A stretch of DNA of 16,595 nucleotides, taken from positions 1 through 16,595 of the forward strand of contig JBGSNL010000032.1 of assembly GCA_041739675.1 (NCBI GenBank). The letters run 5' to 3'. Below, piece after piece: positions 15,699-16,595 of the stretch. Source of the DNA: a bacterium (GTDB lineage Bacteria > UBA10199 > 2-02-FULL-44-16 > DYJF01). A model generated the notes under the pieces. It ran no database searches, had not been told where the DNA came from, and saw only the letters and a program-made list of their open reading frames with translations. Both the position numbers and the translations under genes were made by a program. How positions within the stretch are numbered: the stretch's first letter is position 1; each line of letters opens with the position of its first letter.

Positions 15699-16238
15699 CT
15701 ACTCCTTGGCATCGAATTTCACCCCTTCACCGACTTCGGCCCGGCGCGCAAGCATGAAGAGATAGTCAGAGAGACGATTGAGCCATATGAAAAGATTTCC
15801 GCTCTCATATACTTTTGCGTCTTTCATGGCAACAGCTTCCCTTTCAACTCTTCTGGCGATCGCCCTGGAAAGTTCCAGAGCGGAGGCACAAGGCGTGGTG
15901 CCCGGGATCACAAAAGATTTCGGCAGCGCTATCTTCGCTTCAAGCGCCGAGATTTTCTTCTCTATTTTAGAAATATCGGTCTCCGATATCGGCTCGAACA
16001 AACGTGACGGTTTGCCTCCTGCAGAGATTTCAGCCCCGGCCCTCATGAGATCCATTTGAAGCTCCCTGATCTCGGACGAAAGGCGCTTGTCTTTGGAGTG
16101 GCTTCTTGCAAGGCCCAGCGCAGCCGTCAGTTCGTCCAATACCCCAACGCAGATGAGGCGGGGATCGGCCTTTGAAACCGTCTCGCCCGACAGGAGGGAG
16201 GATTTCCCTTTATCGCCCTTTTTTGTGACTATCCCCAT
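15699..16238 (-). CDS. PduO-type ATP:cob(I)alamin adenosyltransferase
   Basis: IVTKKGDKG.S, G.LDEL, FVIPG, RAIARRVER and LNRLSDYLF motifs. Confidence 0.93.
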   Translation of the reverse strand: MGIVTKKGDKGKSSLLSGETVSKADPRLICVGVLDELTAALGLARSHSKDKRLSSEIRELQMDLMRAGAEISAGGKPSRLFEPISETDISKIEKKISALEAKIALPKSFVIPGTTPCASALELSRAIARRVEREAVAMKDAKVYESGNLFIWLNRLSDYLFMLARRAEVGEGVKFDAKE

Positions 16239-16291
16239 GGCGCAAATTGTTAGTCATAAACGGCGACACTTGCAAGATTTTACTTACTTCA

Positions 16292-16321
16292 TTGACAGTT
16301 CGGGGTGGGACACATTAGAAT
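16292..16321 (+). promoter_or_regulatory. Near-consensus sigma70 promoter
   Basis: TTGACA(16292-16297)-18 nt-TAGAAT(16316-16321), followed by hairpin GCCCGCC/GGCGGGC (16346-16370) and RBS AAGGAGG (16371-16377). Confidence 0.7.
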
Positions 16322-16381
16322 TGCGAACCAATAACGGAGAATTTGGCCCGCCACTAAAACGTCGGCGGGCAAGGAGGCGTT

Positions 16382-16595
16382 ATGGACAGGTTCCGGGCGC
16401 TTGCTTTTGCAGTTATTATTTTTCTTCCCGTCGGTGCGGCTGCTTCTGTCGCCAGAAATCCACTCGATGTTAACGGTATGAATCCGGCCCAGGCCGATAA
16501 ATATTTTCAAAGTATTTCGGGCCGGGAGCTTACGGTCCCGGGTGTGGTGAAAGACGCGTCAGACATGAGGGCCGTCTCCTCCTCAATGCTGTATG
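16382..16595 (+). CDS. Exported hypothetical protein (5' part only; runs off the right edge)
   Basis: Hand translation MDRFRALAFAVIIFLPVGAAASVARNPLDVNGMNPAQADKYFQSISGRELTVPGVVKD... is open to the edge, with a strong RBS and a signal-peptide-like N-terminus ending AAA. Confidence 0.7.
   Translation, partial: MDRFRALAFAVIIFLPVGAAASVARNPLDVNGMNPAQADKYFQSISGRELTVPGVVKDASDMRAVSSSMLY

Noticed and set aside
13864..16238. Dedicated cobalamin module (QueG plus adenosyltransferase) with a B12 riboswitch
   Set aside because: The genes are separated by an opposite-strand peptidase, each has its own promoter candidate, there is no leader space for a riboswitch, and QueG does not use adenosylcobalamin.

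Overview
Bacterial chromosomal window of about 50-55% GC by eye. The gene content would fit a deltaproteobacteria-like lineage, but that is a weak inference. The right half (10.2-16.6 kb) is ordinary housekeeping: gpsA, a stand-alone PilZ protein, a TerC/Alx membrane protein, a methionine gamma-lyase-like PLP enzyme, a short QueG, an M48-type HExxH peptidase, cutA, a PduO-type cobalamin adenosyltransferase and the start of an exported protein. The left edge holds divergent DUF362 (partial) and DUF4416 genes. Between them (750-10108, minus strand) lie three large genes I cannot assign to any family (771, 504 and 1463 aa). They appear to be diverged paralogues sharing one design: no signal peptide, Cys-rich N-terminus, poly-Pro linker, one hydrophobic segment, Trp/Pro-anchored helical repeats, Gly-rich linker, a conserved 15-aa motif STV(T/S)Gx(F/V)(D/E)P(N/E)ExS(S/T)G and an Arg/Ala/Pro-rich, nearly acid-free C-terminal tail. 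Each has its own promoter-like element, leader hairpin and strong RBS. This cluster is the best candidate for an undescribed system, possibly exported or translocated membrane proteins with a C-terminal sorting signal. A window-wide promoter pattern also stands out: TTGnnn-17/18-TAnnn(A/G), lacking the final T of the -10 box and often leaderless. I saw no mobile element, CRISPR array, tRNA or rRNA.
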